From Iphione sp. A-MEVVRFRX5 (lineage: Eukaryota): a DNA stretch of 64,000 nt. The position numbers were made by a program, and so were the translations under genes. This document shows, in pieces, positions 50,462 to 62,454 of the stretch (positions within the stretch are counted from its first letter, which is position 1; every line of letters starts with the position of its first letter). The stretch lies in assembly GCA_976226885.1 (NCBI GenBank), contig OZ320320.1:10912001-10976000 (forward strand), written 5' to 3'. The notes under the pieces were generated by a model. It made no database searches. It worked only from the letters and a program-made list of their open reading frames with translations, and had not been told where the DNA came from.

Positions 50462-51630
50462 CAGTCAAAACCCTATTTGTGACCATTCGATATTTGTGAC
50501 CACCTGAGCTAGGAACCAAAATCTTGATTTCTATACATTTAATATGGTTTATGAATACTATACTTGTATACTTGTATAAAACTAGCTGTGACACTATATA
50601 TGCAGCACATTATTGATATCAAAATATACATAAATCTCAGCAAACTGTGGTTCAATGGCACCAAAACGGTATCAGGATCACTGTGACTTATTTAAATTAT
50701 ATTCCATCATTACTTTGCCTGCCAAATTTCCATGGTTATCTTGAAACTTCTAAAAAGTACCTTGTACATACATACAGGAGAACCTTACTTTCCGACCATA
50801 TTGCTTTACGACCAAAACGACCATTACGACCATTTTGGGTTGGAACAGAATTAATTTCAGTACATTTCCTATATGAGTGATTATTGCTTTGCGACCATAT
50901 TGCTTTGCGACCATATTCAGCCTACGACCACACCTTCTAGGGTCGTTTTGGGGTTATTTTACTTGCTTTACGACCGTTCTCTCACCCTGGAGAGGGTCGG
51001 CGATGCCTTTGATGGTCTAAACTGGGTGTGAACTGGGTGTGAACTGAGACTTCTCTGATGTTCTCTCACCTTGGAGTTGGCCGAGAGTGGTCACAGATGT
51101 GAACTGCGACTTCTCTGATGTTCTCTCACCTCTTTGAGTCACCTTTAGTCATCAAATTCAGCACTTTTTGGACTTAAAGTCATCAAATTCAGCACTTTTT
51201 GGACTTTTAGTCATCAAAATCAGCACTTTTTGGACTTAAAGTCATCAAATTCGGCACTTTTTGGACGTTTCAGAGAGAATCCACATGTAAGTAGAGAGAG
51301 AGGGAGAGGGGGAGTCAAATCATTGCTTTGCGACCATATTTGCTATTCCGACCATTTTGGGTCGACCCAAGTGGTGGTCGCAAAGTAAGGTTCTCCTGTA
51401 TATGGTCATATATTTAATAACCATGTACTTGACAAAAATTGATGTTACTTTATATATATACTATAAGCATGGTATATGTTACAGGGCACAGACCCTCCTG
51501 AAAAGCAGCTGGATAGCTGATGTAGGAGTTCTGTTTGAAAGCAAAATAAAAAAAAATCCTATTTGTGACCAAATTCACTTACGCAACCATTTGAGCTTGG
51601 ACCAGATGGGTGGTCACAAATAGGGTTTGT
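50462..51630. mobile_element. Outer Tigger-like non-autonomous element containing nested insertions
   Basis: Left TA-CAGTCAAAACCCTATTTGTGACCA; right TGGTCACAAATAGGGTTT (last bases lost). Confidence 0.65.
50775..51398. mobile_element. Inner Tc1/pogo-type MITE, 624 bp
   Basis: 24-bp TIR CAGGAGAACCTTACTTT(C/G)CGACCA with one mismatch; TA on both sides. Confidence 0.9.
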
Positions 51631-52399
51631 ATATAATTTAAACATGGTCCATTGTTTAGCATTTTTATAATAACATGTATTTACCATTCTTTTAATGCAT
51701 TAATTGTCAAGCAATTCACTTATACAAAAATATGCTCTGTTGAGATTACCATAAATGTGTATAGAAATAGATTGCCGAAGAGACAAGACAGCTAATAAGT
51801 CACAAGAAATATACCGACACAAATCGATGCTTTTATACGAAAAACAGTTTCTGCTTATCAATTGATTCATTGTTTTCTGTCAAGGACATGAAGTATACTA
51901 TGTAAGATGCTAGTTTTAAGAAGATTTTCATCAAGTGAGACTTTTCCATTTCCTTGGACTAAGTAGAATAGTATTAGAAGGGAGGAATCAGTGGGTGAGA
52001 AGATGGAAGACTATTTCAGTATGGACCATCAGCACACATTACCTGCACACTCAGTATTAAAACACTCTCTATTTAAATACGGTCTTCAGGAAGGTGTTTA
52101 TTAATATATTTCAATATCTCGGATGGTGCAGGCCGACTGTCTATAATATTTTTGGACGGAATGAATTGATGATTAGTCATGTTGAAGTCAGGGGAAAAAC
52201 CCCGGGCATTAGGAACCCATAAATCTGTGACCACCTAGGTTCAGTTTCAGAGTTTGTATGCAAGGTCATTCATTGAGTCCAGGTCATTATTTTATCATCC
52301 GAGGACCCTTATCTAGCTGCGGGTCTCAGATAATATTCATAGCTGTTCGGAAGGTAATCAGATGTTTCATAAATGTTTTTTCAAGGCGTCATGGTGTGT

Positions 52400-52500
52400 G
52401 CTCCCACCCCTCCAACCCTGCAAGCAATCAACCATGAAATGGGTAGTTGATGGTGGGGGACACTAGACCTTGAAGGTCCACACTCTTGTTCCACTTTCAT
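52400..52500 (+). mobile_element. HINE-like 3' end only (copy 5)
   Basis: GGGGGACACTA then GACCT-TGA-AGGTC (52466-78), CACACTCTTG. Confidence 0.55.
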
Positions 52501-52689
52501 CCCTCTGGTCCACACTGAAGTTCACACTGGCACAAGCCTGATTAGCTGCCCAGGTAGATTGACCTACGTACCTTCATAGCAACTGGCTGCACCAAAACAA
52601 TCAATTCTCCAGCATACCTACAGAGTTGGGTCAGGTGTGAGTTGGTGAAGGCACACATTGGTTATTGTGCAAACCGGCCTGTTCGGCTG

Positions 52690-53340
52690 AAAATAAAGAA
52701 GTCCACAGCTGCCAGTAGTTTTAGTGAATCTCTGGGCAGGCATGGTAGGACATGTGTGTGGTTCTCCACAGCTGCCAGTAGTTGTACTGGATCTCTGGGA
52801 AGGCGTGGTAAGAAATTTCTTTGGTTCTTCACAGCTGCCAGTAGTTGTAGCAAATCTCTGGGAGGGCATGGTAGGACATGTCTGTGGTTCTCCACAGCTG
52901 CCAGTAGTTGTACTGGATCTCTGGGAAGACGTGGTAGGACATGTCTGGTTATCCACAGCTGTCAGCAGATATAGTGAATCTCTGGGAAGGCACGATAGGA
53001 CATGTCTGTGGTTCTCCTCAGCTGCCAGCAGAGATAGTGAATCTCTAGGAAGGCATGGTAAGACATGTCTGTGGTTCTCCTTAGCTGCCAGTAGTTGTAG
53101 TGAATCTTTGGGCAGGCATGGTAGGACTTGTCTGTGGTTCTCCTTAGCTGCCAGTAGTTGTAGTGAATCTTTGGGCAGGCATGGTAGGACTTGTCTGTGG
53201 TTCTCCTTAGCTGCCAGCAGTTACACTGGATCTCTGAGAAGGAGTGGTAGGACATGTCTGTGGTTCTCCTCAGCTGCCAGTAGTTGTAGTGAATCTCTGG
53301 GAAGGCCTGGTAGGACATGTCTGTGGTTCGCCTCTTCCAC
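52690..53340. repeat. 63-bp minisatellite, about 10 copies
   Basis: CAGCTGCCAGTAGTTG...GGTAGGACATGTCTGTGGTTCTCC unit. Confidence 0.95.
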
Positions 53341-53598
53341 TATGAGTTTTGAATCACTTTTGTCAATATAAGGCAATAGCAGTTGGCCTCAGGCCACAAG
53401 AGGCTTCCTCAATAGATATACCTGTACAATGAATAAATGTTCTACACAGTAATGCATACAGGCATTGATACTGAACCCTTTTCTATTGTTGTGTTCAGTT
53501 TTAGAATTGTGTGTATTGTGCAGTGACCACCTGTCATGAGCACTGTGCAGACAGCATGCAGCACTGAAGGTACATGTTTCTTACTTGTATTTCCTCAG

Positions 53599-53703
53599 CA
53601 GCCGACGACGAGTGGCCTTAACTCGAGTGAAAGCAAACAGAACAACAACAACAACAACCACCAAAGCCCACGCAAGTCGCACACAGTACAACAACCCCCA
53701 GTG
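53599..53703 (+). CDS. STK33: Probable STK33 C-terminal-tail exon (QPTTSGLNSSESKQNNNNNNHQSPRKSHTVQQPPV)
   Basis: Pyrimidine tract + CAG|CAG acceptor, GTG|GTGAGT donor, 105 nt open in phase 0. No recognisable homology. Confidence 0.6.
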
Positions 53704-54726
53704 GTGAGTAAATCTGCCAGGGAAAATGTATAGGCAGAATCGGGATATAATGATACTATGTACCGTTCCCTTTCATGTGTCAAAGATATCCAAAGGAAAT
53801 AGATTCTTTACATAGATGATTAATACTTTGTTAGACCTAGGTCAGTAACAGGTTTCACAGCCTTTGCTTGAAAATCTGCTTTATTCTTAAAGAAAAATAC
53901 TTAAACACGCCCCACCCTTAACATAGTCACGGCCAAATGTAAAAGTTTGGATAGATATTACAATATTAACTAATTGCATACTTTTTAAAAGCTACTTTTT
54001 ATTTGATTAAGAATGGAAAGTCTCTTTTTCACTACTAAAACTTGTGTGAAGCTTCATTCGATATTTAGAGAATTTTGTGAGATGAGCCAGATATTCCACA
54101 GGTCTAATTGATGGAATATAACAAGGAGTCCCTACTCATGGTTCTACCTGTGAAAAGGTCCTACTCAAGGGGTGACACGGAGAGTAGGTATTGTAGTCAG
54201 GCAACCCTGCTACCTGCAACAAAACACCAATAATATGGCTGTACTGATGTGAAGTCATTGACCCAGTTGTCATTGACTGCTGTAACCTATAACAAGACGC
54301 CTGTCAGAGGACATACTGGCATGAGCTCAGTGACCCAGTCATCAGGGTCTGCATATCGGAAGGTAAAGTATTGAATGATTGCTGTGACTGATGCCGACTG
54401 TTAGTAATATGGGGTGTACAGACATGAGCTCAGTGACTAAATCACCTGGGTCTGCTGTCAGGCGATGAAGGCAAAGTGTTCGGTAGAACTAGCTGCCTAT
54501 GGAGAGACCGCACTGTTAAGGTCTGCTGGCCTAATGTAGCACGTAATACGGACGGGTCTAGTGGCAGGTGTCGTAAGTAATGGGCCCATTCATTTAATTA
54601 CCCAGGAGAGGACATGCTACACCTTTGACTGTTGATATGCTGACTCCTCAATCACAGGCTGTAGGAGATGTATGTGCTGCCGTCGCAGTGACTACAGGAA
54701 GGCACTGAACATAGAGACGTGTGAGG

Positions 54727-56076
54727 TTACAGTTTGGTGGTGTAGTTCTCTTTGTTGACCACTGCTGCCAGCGACAAGGTCGATTCAGCCATATTTCTGG
54801 TGAGGTTACTGCGCAGCGTCTGCTGGGAGGGGGCGCGGGGGATAGAATGCAGCGAGCCTACACTCTTCATGTTCCACGGGTGTACAGGTACCAGAGGCTT
54901 TGGGCATGTGGCCAGGTTTCTGTTGACACAACTAAGCATGTGAGCAAGTGTGCTGCGAAAGCGACTGTAGAAGATGCAGTAGAGGTAGAAGTTGAGGGCC
55001 GAGTTGAGGACGAGCAGGCACTCCTTGATGACGGCGTAGCACTCATAGACGTCCGTGTCTCCGTCCGTGTCGACCGCCCCAAGGATGGAGGCAATGATGT
55101 CCGGCAGCTCACACACCACGAAGATGCTGATTAGTATCACCATCATGATGCTCAGGTTGAGGTTGCCCCCCGAGCCCTGCTCGGCCGCCCCGTTGGTCGC
55201 CCCCGGGGCCCCGCGGGGGGCTGCGCCACACCCGTTGGTGAGGGCATGGCGAGCGCGGATCGATCTTTTGATGGTGACTACGAGGAGGATGTTGAGGATG
55301 ACCATCACTGTGAAGGGCAGCAAGAACAGGAAGATAAAACTCAGACTCTGGTGGTAAACCTTCTTGTACTGGTTCTCATCCCAGAAAGTGTTGTTGAAAG
55401 TCAGATGCGAGACAAAGGTATTGTCCACCTTTTGGTTGTTGCTGTGGAAAGCAATGTAGTAGGCATGTGGCCAGCGAGGGGCATTGAAGAGGACGGCTGC
55501 AAGAAAGACCGCCCCCACTGCACGGCGGGCGTAGGTCGGCGTGCACCAGAGGGCAGCACGCAGCGGCCAGGACGCCACCACGTAGCGGTCTATGGCGATG
55601 ACCATGACAGTCCAGATGGTGCAGGTCTGGGAGATCCAACCGAAGGGCAGCACGAGGGCCACGATGTAGGGGTTAGCAGCTTGGTAGGACTGCAGGCCCC
55701 CCGCGTAGAGGTAGGCCGAGCGCAGCACCACGTAGAAGAGGGCGTACGTGAGGAACATGCTGTCAAAGACGGCAAGCGCCTGCAGGAAGACGGTGTTGGA
55801 GGTGCGTGACCAGCCCCGCCGCAGCACGAGCAGGATGAGCAGGTTACCCACGTAGCCCAGCACGCAGAGCAAGCCCACCACGCCCACGTTCATGACGAGC
55901 TTGAAGAGAGACAGTCGGCCGCCGCCGCCGCCTCCTGCCGCCGCCGCCGGCCCGTCCAGCACGGCCGAGCTGTGGACCGGGCTGCTGGCATTGCCTGCCA
56001 GGCTGCCAGGGGACCAGGGAGACGCGGCGTCGGTGGTGGGGGCCTGCAGCTGCTCGCCGAGGTCAGAGGCCATCAT
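54727..56076 (-). CDS. Class A (rhodopsin-like) GPCR, FMRFamide/peptide-receptor-like, 449 aa, uninterrupted ORF
   Basis: Seven hydrophobic segments; GN in TM1, LAVFD in TM2, IAIDRY, CELP in TM6, NSALNFYLY in TM7; high GC3. Acceptor TTCTATTTTCCAG ends at 56097, 20 nt before the ATG. Confidence 0.95.
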   Translation of the reverse strand: MMASDLGEQLQAPTTDAASPWSPGSLAGNASSPVHSSAVLDGPAAAAGGGGGGRLSLFKLVMNVGVVGLLCVLGYVGNLLILLVLRRGWSRTSNTVFLQALAVFDSMFLTYALFYVVLRSAYLYAGGLQSYQAANPYIVALVLPFGWISQTCTIWTVMVIAIDRYVVASWPLRAALWCTPTYARRAVGAVFLAAVLFNAPRWPHAYYIAFHSNNQKVDNTFVSHLTFNNTFWDENQYKKVYHQSLSFIFLFLLPFTVMVILNILLVVTIKRSIRARHALTNGCGAAPRGAPGATNGAAEQGSGGNLNLSIMMVILISIFVVCELPDIIASILGAVDTDGDTDVYECYAVIKECLLVLNSALNFYLYCIFYSRFRSTLAHMLSCVNRNLATCPKPLVPVHPWNMKSVGSLHSIPRAPSQQTLRSNLTRNMAESTLSLAAVVNKENYTTKL

Positions 56077-56750
56077 GGAGGCCGGTATGGAAAACTCTGG
56101 AAAATAGAAGAGAACATCGAATTCTCGACATTTGATTGCGCCATCAAGTATGATCTCAAGAAATGAGTGGTACTTGTCGTGTTAGCCCCGACATCAGCCC
56201 CGGACAGAGACCCCACTCCAGCCAGTAGTCGTGCACAAGTTTCGTTACCCTCAGCAGAACATTATGGTGATATTATTTTCACATGTGAACATACGAAAGT
56301 GAACAAATCCATGGAAAATTATCGGCCAAAGACTAAATCGCAGGAAGAAAGTTTAATGTTTGTACAGAATAAGTGAATATTTACGTAAAGACTCCAGACT
56401 AAATTTGATAAAAATATTCTTCATGCATTTGCAGACTGTGTGCTTGAAAAGCCTACATTCATCTAAAATACAGAGGATTGGCAATAGAACTGTAAGATGT
56501 ACATTGGAATTGAACAAGCGAGCTCCCACAGTGGAAGTCTTTCCAAGTGCTAAATCAAACAGAATCAAAGAGGGACTAGTATCAACGACCATCAACTATT
56601 ATTAACTTATAAAGCATTATAAAATCTCCTCCCAAGTTTCATCTCAGAGAAATACCAGAAAAAGCATATGTATTAAGAGGCAACAGCAGCGCCCTCCAGC
56701 AGAAAGCAGCACGTGTTACACTCTTCGTAGGTTTCAGTGTTAATTGGCAG

Positions 56751-56806
<56 letters not shown>

Positions 56807-57309
56807 CTGGGTGGCAGACTTGAAAGCTGTACGTTTTTCGCTGGATGTTATAAGGCAATACCTGTCTGATACAGAGTCATCCTGAGTTTGCTCCTTCTTT
56901 TCTTCTTTATACGAGTCGGGAACCTCTACAGTAGGTCCCGAAGAGCTAGCCAGTGCTATACTAGCAGCAGTTAGTGCTATGATTTCTAATTAAGGGGTGG
57001 TGGAAATAATTAACCAATTGTGTATGTCTAACTGTTGAACCTTAATGAGGGTCTTGGAATGATCTAGATACGAATCAAACCTCTTGGATAGTCCACAGTA
57101 TAGAGTAGAACACCTCTGTTGCGACCACTGGAGGGGCCACCCAATCTCGCCCGTAATGGAGAGTTGCCCTTACTAACGTGCTGACTTTCTTACATATTAC
57201 ATAGTTGCCCTCCTTAGTTGAGCAACCCTCAGGACAAGTTTGTTCTGTTTTTATTTCTGAATTATGTATAGGACAGACTGTCACTACTTCTACACTGTAT
57301 AAAGCATCA

Positions 57310-57860
57310 GTCGGACCTTCTGCTGCATGTATATATCATGCAGACCAGTGGTCGGACTTGACTCTCACACCGTCTAGAACATCAGTCAAACTTTCACTGC
57401 ACATATATCATGCAGGTCATTGGTCAGACTTGACTCTCACACTGTGTAGAACATCAGTCAAACTTCCACTGCACGTATATAATGCAGGTCATTGGTTGGA
57501 CTTGACTCACACACTGTGCAGAATGTCAGTCAAACTTCTACTGCATGTATATCATGCAGGTCATTGGTCAGACTTGACTCTCACACTGTGTAGAATATCA
57601 GTCAAACTTCCACTGCACATATATCATGCAGGTCATTGGTCAGACTTGACTCTCACACTGTGTAGAACATCAGTCAAACTTCCACTTCACGTATATAATG
57701 CAGGTCATTGGTTGGACTTGACTCGCACACTGTGCAGAATGTCAGTCAAACTTCTACTGCATGTATATCATGCAGACTAGTGGTTGGACTAGACTCGCAC
57801 GCTGTGTAGAACATCAGCTGCACGTAAATAATGCAGACCAGTGGTCAGACTAGACTTGCA
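57310..57860. repeat. 72-bp minisatellite with a 3-mer (216-bp) higher-order pattern
   Basis: 24-codon unit; variant order RTSV/RMSV/RISV then RTSV/RMSV repeats. Confidence 0.9.
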
Positions 57861-58189
57861 TGCTGTGTAGAGCATCAGGCTTTTGCTGCTTGTACATGAT
57901 GGGGATCACTGTTAAGAGTTTGGTAACCTAGGGGTAATCACACGAAGTGTATACCATTGTTCCGACTTGGGCAGATTTTACACCGTATAAATCTTCAGTT
58001 AGACTTTGGCTCTAGGCCAAAACTGGATTGCACTTGCTGGGTGGAGTCCTTATGCAAGCCCGAGGTGCTAGATGTCTGTAGATGGAGCTTGCTGTCCTAC
58101 TGTGACGTCTTTACGTTGTCTCAATAGCTCTATCATTCCTCTGCTCTTTCAGCCTGCAGCCGCCAATAGTAGCCCGTCCTTATCAGCAG

Positions 58190-58430
58190 CAACCCGCCTT
58201 CCAGACGACTGTTCTCACCTACCAGTCTCTCTCCATATCAACCCGCCTTCCCGACGACTGTTCTCACCTACCTGTCTCTCTCCATACCAACCCGCCTTCC
58301 CGACGACTGTTCTCACCTACCTGTCTCTCTTCATACCAACCCGCCTTCCCGACGACTGTTCTCACCTACCTGTCTCTCTTCATACCAACCTGCCCTCCCG
58401 ACGACTGTTCTCACCTACCTGTCTCTCTCC
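58190..58430. repeat. 49-bp minisatellite, about 5 copies
   Basis: AACCCGCC at 58191, 58240 and onward. Confidence 0.9.
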
Positions 58431-59429
58431 TGTCATTACTGCTCCCGTCCCTCCACTGGAACCTCTCATCCCGTTGTCTAGCAGTCCCTCCTGCCTTTCT
58501 CGCTACCCTTGCCTTCTTATCAACCTCCCTTTCCCACATCTACCTGTTCCACTACTGCCTCCTTTCCTACACTCACGATTGTCTTTACCAATGTGTCCCT
58601 CATGCCTGTCCTCTCTCCTACCAGCCTCCCTCCTTTCTCCAGACTGTGCCCCCCGCCCTCCCCGGCGGTTTCACTGTTAACTCCATATCGAGCCTTGCCT
58701 AGTGAATGGTTCCAGGCAGAATGGCGGGCAGGTCAGGCGCCAACCATTGTGAAGGAAGTGACCTCCCCGGTCAGACAGACCCCAGTAGTGCCAATATCCA
58801 GTCCATAATCTGAGCGTGCGGCTATCTACTAGTGGGCAAGTGTACACACCTGTCACTCCTAAATCACAATGTGTGGAGAAACCATGTGGGTAAAAGGTAA
58901 ATACTAACATCGCAACCAGCAGTATGCCCCGTGCTTCTAGAGTGGATCCTGTGGTAAACAATGTACAACCACGAGAGGCATGAGGGCCAGCGTGTGCGTT
59001 TGTGCTCGCGTATAAGGCCCAGTTTCCATATGCGTGATTTTGGTGACTGCAGTGTGCTGTAGCGTGTCGTTTGCCACCCCAGCCAGTGCTGGTTATCCTT
59101 TTCTTATGTGGTGTCAGGCAGGACTGTTCTTTGAATGCATTGCGTTAGTGCATTTTGGGAGGGGCTGAACAGATCACGTGTCTCATGTCGACAGTGTTAT
59201 CAGCTTTTGATAGAAAATGTCTCATTCTGATCATTCCCTCATAGTTGACTAGTATGCATGTTTTCACCACCAGGAGATGCAACTGTCCTCGATTTTACAT
59301 AGAAATATGTTCATTCCGATAATTCATCAATACTTAACTATTATGCAAGTTTTCCCCACCAGGAGGGGGCCAGGATGCCGAGTCGACAACCGGATTATCC
59401 GGTATCCGGATCTCAGTGGTATAAAACCA

Positions 59430-59915
59430 AACTTTACTACTATCAGAACAAGAGATTTGTCGAAATTTAACAGTAATAACTTTGACGTTGATATTACAAC
59501 CGGACTAGACAAACCAAGCTTACGATGACACAAGACAAACATGCGCCCATAAGAACCAAAAGGATCCCTACTAACCTCCCTCAATGGATAACCCCAGACA
59601 TCCCAAAACTAAGAAAAGAAAATATGTTTAAGAAATACAGACTAATCAAAGACCCCATCCTTTTTATCCAAGCTGAACCCTAAGAAACAAAACTCTATGA
59701 GAATAGTAAAAAGGAACTACATAATAGCAAAGCTACAACAATATAAATACGAGGCCACCAAATACTGGAGACATCTGAGACAGATCTTGCCTACTAAAGT
59801 TACTAAGAACAGAGATGGAACAGTAATAGACAGGATATACAACAATGAACAAATAGTTAACACCACAAAACAAATTCCAAACATACTCAACCAGCACTTC
59901 ACAGCAATAGGATGT
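59430..59915 (+). mobile_element. Decayed LINE fragment (EN-RT linker)
   Basis: RTRDLSKFNSNNF, HAPIRTKRI, PQWITPDI, YWRHLRQILP, ILNQHFTAIG. Confidence 0.8.
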
Positions 59916-59924
59916 AAACTACAA

Positions 59925-60355
59925 CAGTAGACAATTGGTGGAGGTCTGTAACACTGTAAACAGTCAGTGGAGGTCTGTAACACTAGACGATCAGTGGAGG
60001 TCTGTAACACTGTAAACAATGGAGTTCTGTAACACTGTAAACAATGGAGTTCTGTAACACTAGACAGTCGGTGGAGGTCTGTAACACTAAACAGTCAGTG
60101 GAGGTCTGTAACACTGTAAACAATGGAGTTCTGTAACACTAGACAGTCGGTGGAGGTCTGTAACACTGTAAACAATGGAGTTCTGTAACACTAGACAGTC
60201 AGTGGAGGTCTGTAACACTAAACAGTCAGTGGAGGTCTGTAACACTGTAAACAATCAGTGGAGGTCTGGTACACTGTAAACAATGGAGTTCTGTAACACT
60301 GTAAACAATGGAGTTCTGTAACACTAAACAGTCGGTGGAGGTCTGTAACACTGTA
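59925..60355. repeat. About 20-23-bp minisatellite (GGAG(G/T)TCTGTAACACT core)
   Basis: Seen directly; begins immediately after the LINE fragment. Confidence 0.9.
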
Positions 60356-61000
60356 ACTTGTTTTTAATTTGACTTCTTTTGAACAAGTTACCTAAAATTC
60401 TCCTTAAATTTTTTTTCTTTCATTACTGCCTTTTCATTGCCTTGGGCAGGGGATGGGGTGGGGTGGTACCAGGTGTTCTAAGAGGAAAATGTTTAATCGG
60501 GCTGGTGCATAAGTGTGTGTGTGGGGGGGGGGGCATCCGACTACATGTGTGTTTGGTGCTATAAAAAATGTCCTGAAAGCGAGAGAGCTCTAATCAGAAC
60601 GTGAACATTGTGATTGTTCTAAAGATGTGCTCAGAAAATGAAAATTGCTATTTTTACCACAAAACTGTACTCATAACATGAACGGCTGTTCTGACCCACC
60701 TGCTCCCCATCCCACCCGTTTCTCTCGCTCGAATTGTTGAACTATGTATGCATGAATGGAGCAGACCTCCATTGGCAGCTACCACCGTTATATATTCATG
60801 ATCTACCATCAGCAATGAAGCGGTCAATAAACTAGGCATTCATGCACCCAAGGCTGCACAGTGTGCAGGCCTCTCACCGACCAGTCATTTGAAAAGAACG
60901 CCTGCCACACATTAGGGTTGCTATTGTAGAGGAGGTTTACAGTGGACCCCGCGGCCCGACGTCCCCATCCGGCAGCGCGGGCGGAGCGGATCCTTCTCAC

Positions 61001-61110
61001 CTGCTTGTCGCGCCTGCTGTCCAGCGGGGAGCCCCGCTACTCGATCAGGTCACGACTCCAAAAGGGGTCCATTTCTGTTGTAGGCTGAGGACGGGGTCCT
61101 TATTGTTGAC
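61001..61110 (-). other. Candidate non-coding 5' UTR exon of the GPCR
   Basis: On -: ATTTATTTCAG|G acceptor and CAG|GTGAGA donor bracket 110 nt with stops in all frames. Confidence 0.45.
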
Positions 61111-61309
61111 CTGAAATAAATGAATATTATGGAAATATAACCAGTCAGCTCGAGAGTATGGTGCCGTGGAGAGGATGGTCCCTGTCTTGAGGGAATCTCT
61201 AACTTAGGTTCTGCGGATGTCAAAAGAAAACGACCAGCTTGCAGATTTCTGAACTGTCTAACTGTAAATAGTTTACCTTGGTTTACCTGAACCAGTTGAT
61301 GGCCATTTC

Positions 61310-61830
61310 AACTGTAGAGATAGGTTACCTGGGTTTTATCCTAAGCCCGGCAGTGTGCAGTCCAGCTGTAGGGATAGGTTACCTTGGTTTTATCTTAAGC
61401 CTGGCAGTGTGCAGTCCAGCTGTAGGGATAGGTTACCTGGGTTTTATCCCAAGCCCGGCAGTGTGCAGTCCAGCTGTAGGGATAGGTTACCTTGGTTTTA
61501 TCTTAAGCCTGGCAGTGTGCAGTCCAGCTGTAGGGATAGGTTACCTGGGTTTTATCCCAAGCCCGGCAGTGTGCAGTCCAGCTGTAGGGATAGGTTACCT
61601 GGGTTTTATCCTAAGCCTGGCAGTGTGCAGTCCAGCTGTAGGGATAGGTTACCTTGGTTTTATTCCAAGCCCGGCAGTGTGCAGTCCAGCTGTAGGGATA
61701 GGTTACCTTGGTTTTATCTTAAGCCTGGCAGTGTGCAGTCCAGCTGTAGGGATAGGTTACCTGGATTTTATCCCAAGCCTGGCAGTGTGCAGTCCAGCCG
61801 TAGGGATAGGTTACCTGAGTTTTATCACAA
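61310..61830. repeat. 54-bp minisatellite with largely alternating variants
   Basis: 18-codon unit LAVCSPAVGIGYLGFI(L/P)S. Confidence 0.95.
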
Positions 61831-62454
61831 GCCCACTGTTGTCCAGTCTAGTAATCAAGGTGTACTTCCCAGGTATGGCGGAGGAGGGAAGGAGGTTGAT
61901 ATTCAGTAGGTCGCAGTAATGTGCTCCTCCCCCCCCCCGGCTGTGATACTCAGTGACAGAGCTAAAGGAGGTCTATGTTGGCCGGGTAGTGCGAGAGGTC
62001 CTTCCGCTACCTAGATATGCCTCTCACCATCACATACAGCAGCCGCTTGGGTGACGGCAGCTGCGCTCCTAAAACATGTCTAACCTGTAGTCTATGGCGC
62101 TGACACAGGAGCAGGCTGGAGCCTCGGCCAGGGCACACCCAGCGTGAAGGTGGTGGCGGTGTAACGATGGTGGTGCTGGCGGTGGTTCTAGTAGTGTCCT
62201 CACTGCAGTCTGACCACGGTCACACTCCCCCCCTCCCCTCCTCCGACGACGGCGACCTGCGCGCTACCTGCCGGCACTGTTAGTCATCTGCCCCCAGTAA
62301 CATGTGGTCACGTGCCACCTGATCACCTCGGGCCGAGCGTTGCCGGCTGCTACCTGCTGCTTTCAGAGGTGTGTATGGGTGTATCAGACTTCCGTCAAGT
62401 CAGTGTCGGTACATAGATGTATGTCATAATCAGTGATGTAGCTTGGATTTTGTA

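Noticed and set aside
55246-55809. 187-aa and other ORFs antisense to the GPCR
   Set aside because: Shadow ORFs expected opposite a high-GC3 coding sequence.
58153-58830. Possible further STK33 exons (acceptor-like sites at 58152 and about 58714; also about 60951)
   Set aside because: No matching donor or recognisable sequence; 58153 runs into a minisatellite, and the 60951 region is better explained by a minus-strand exon.
52724-61919. Other repeat ORFs (52724-53371, 57205-57780, 58072-58680, 61278-61919; also 13361-13861)
   Set aside because: All coincide with arrays that are stop-free in that frame, mostly with unit lengths divisible by three; no independent coding evidence.
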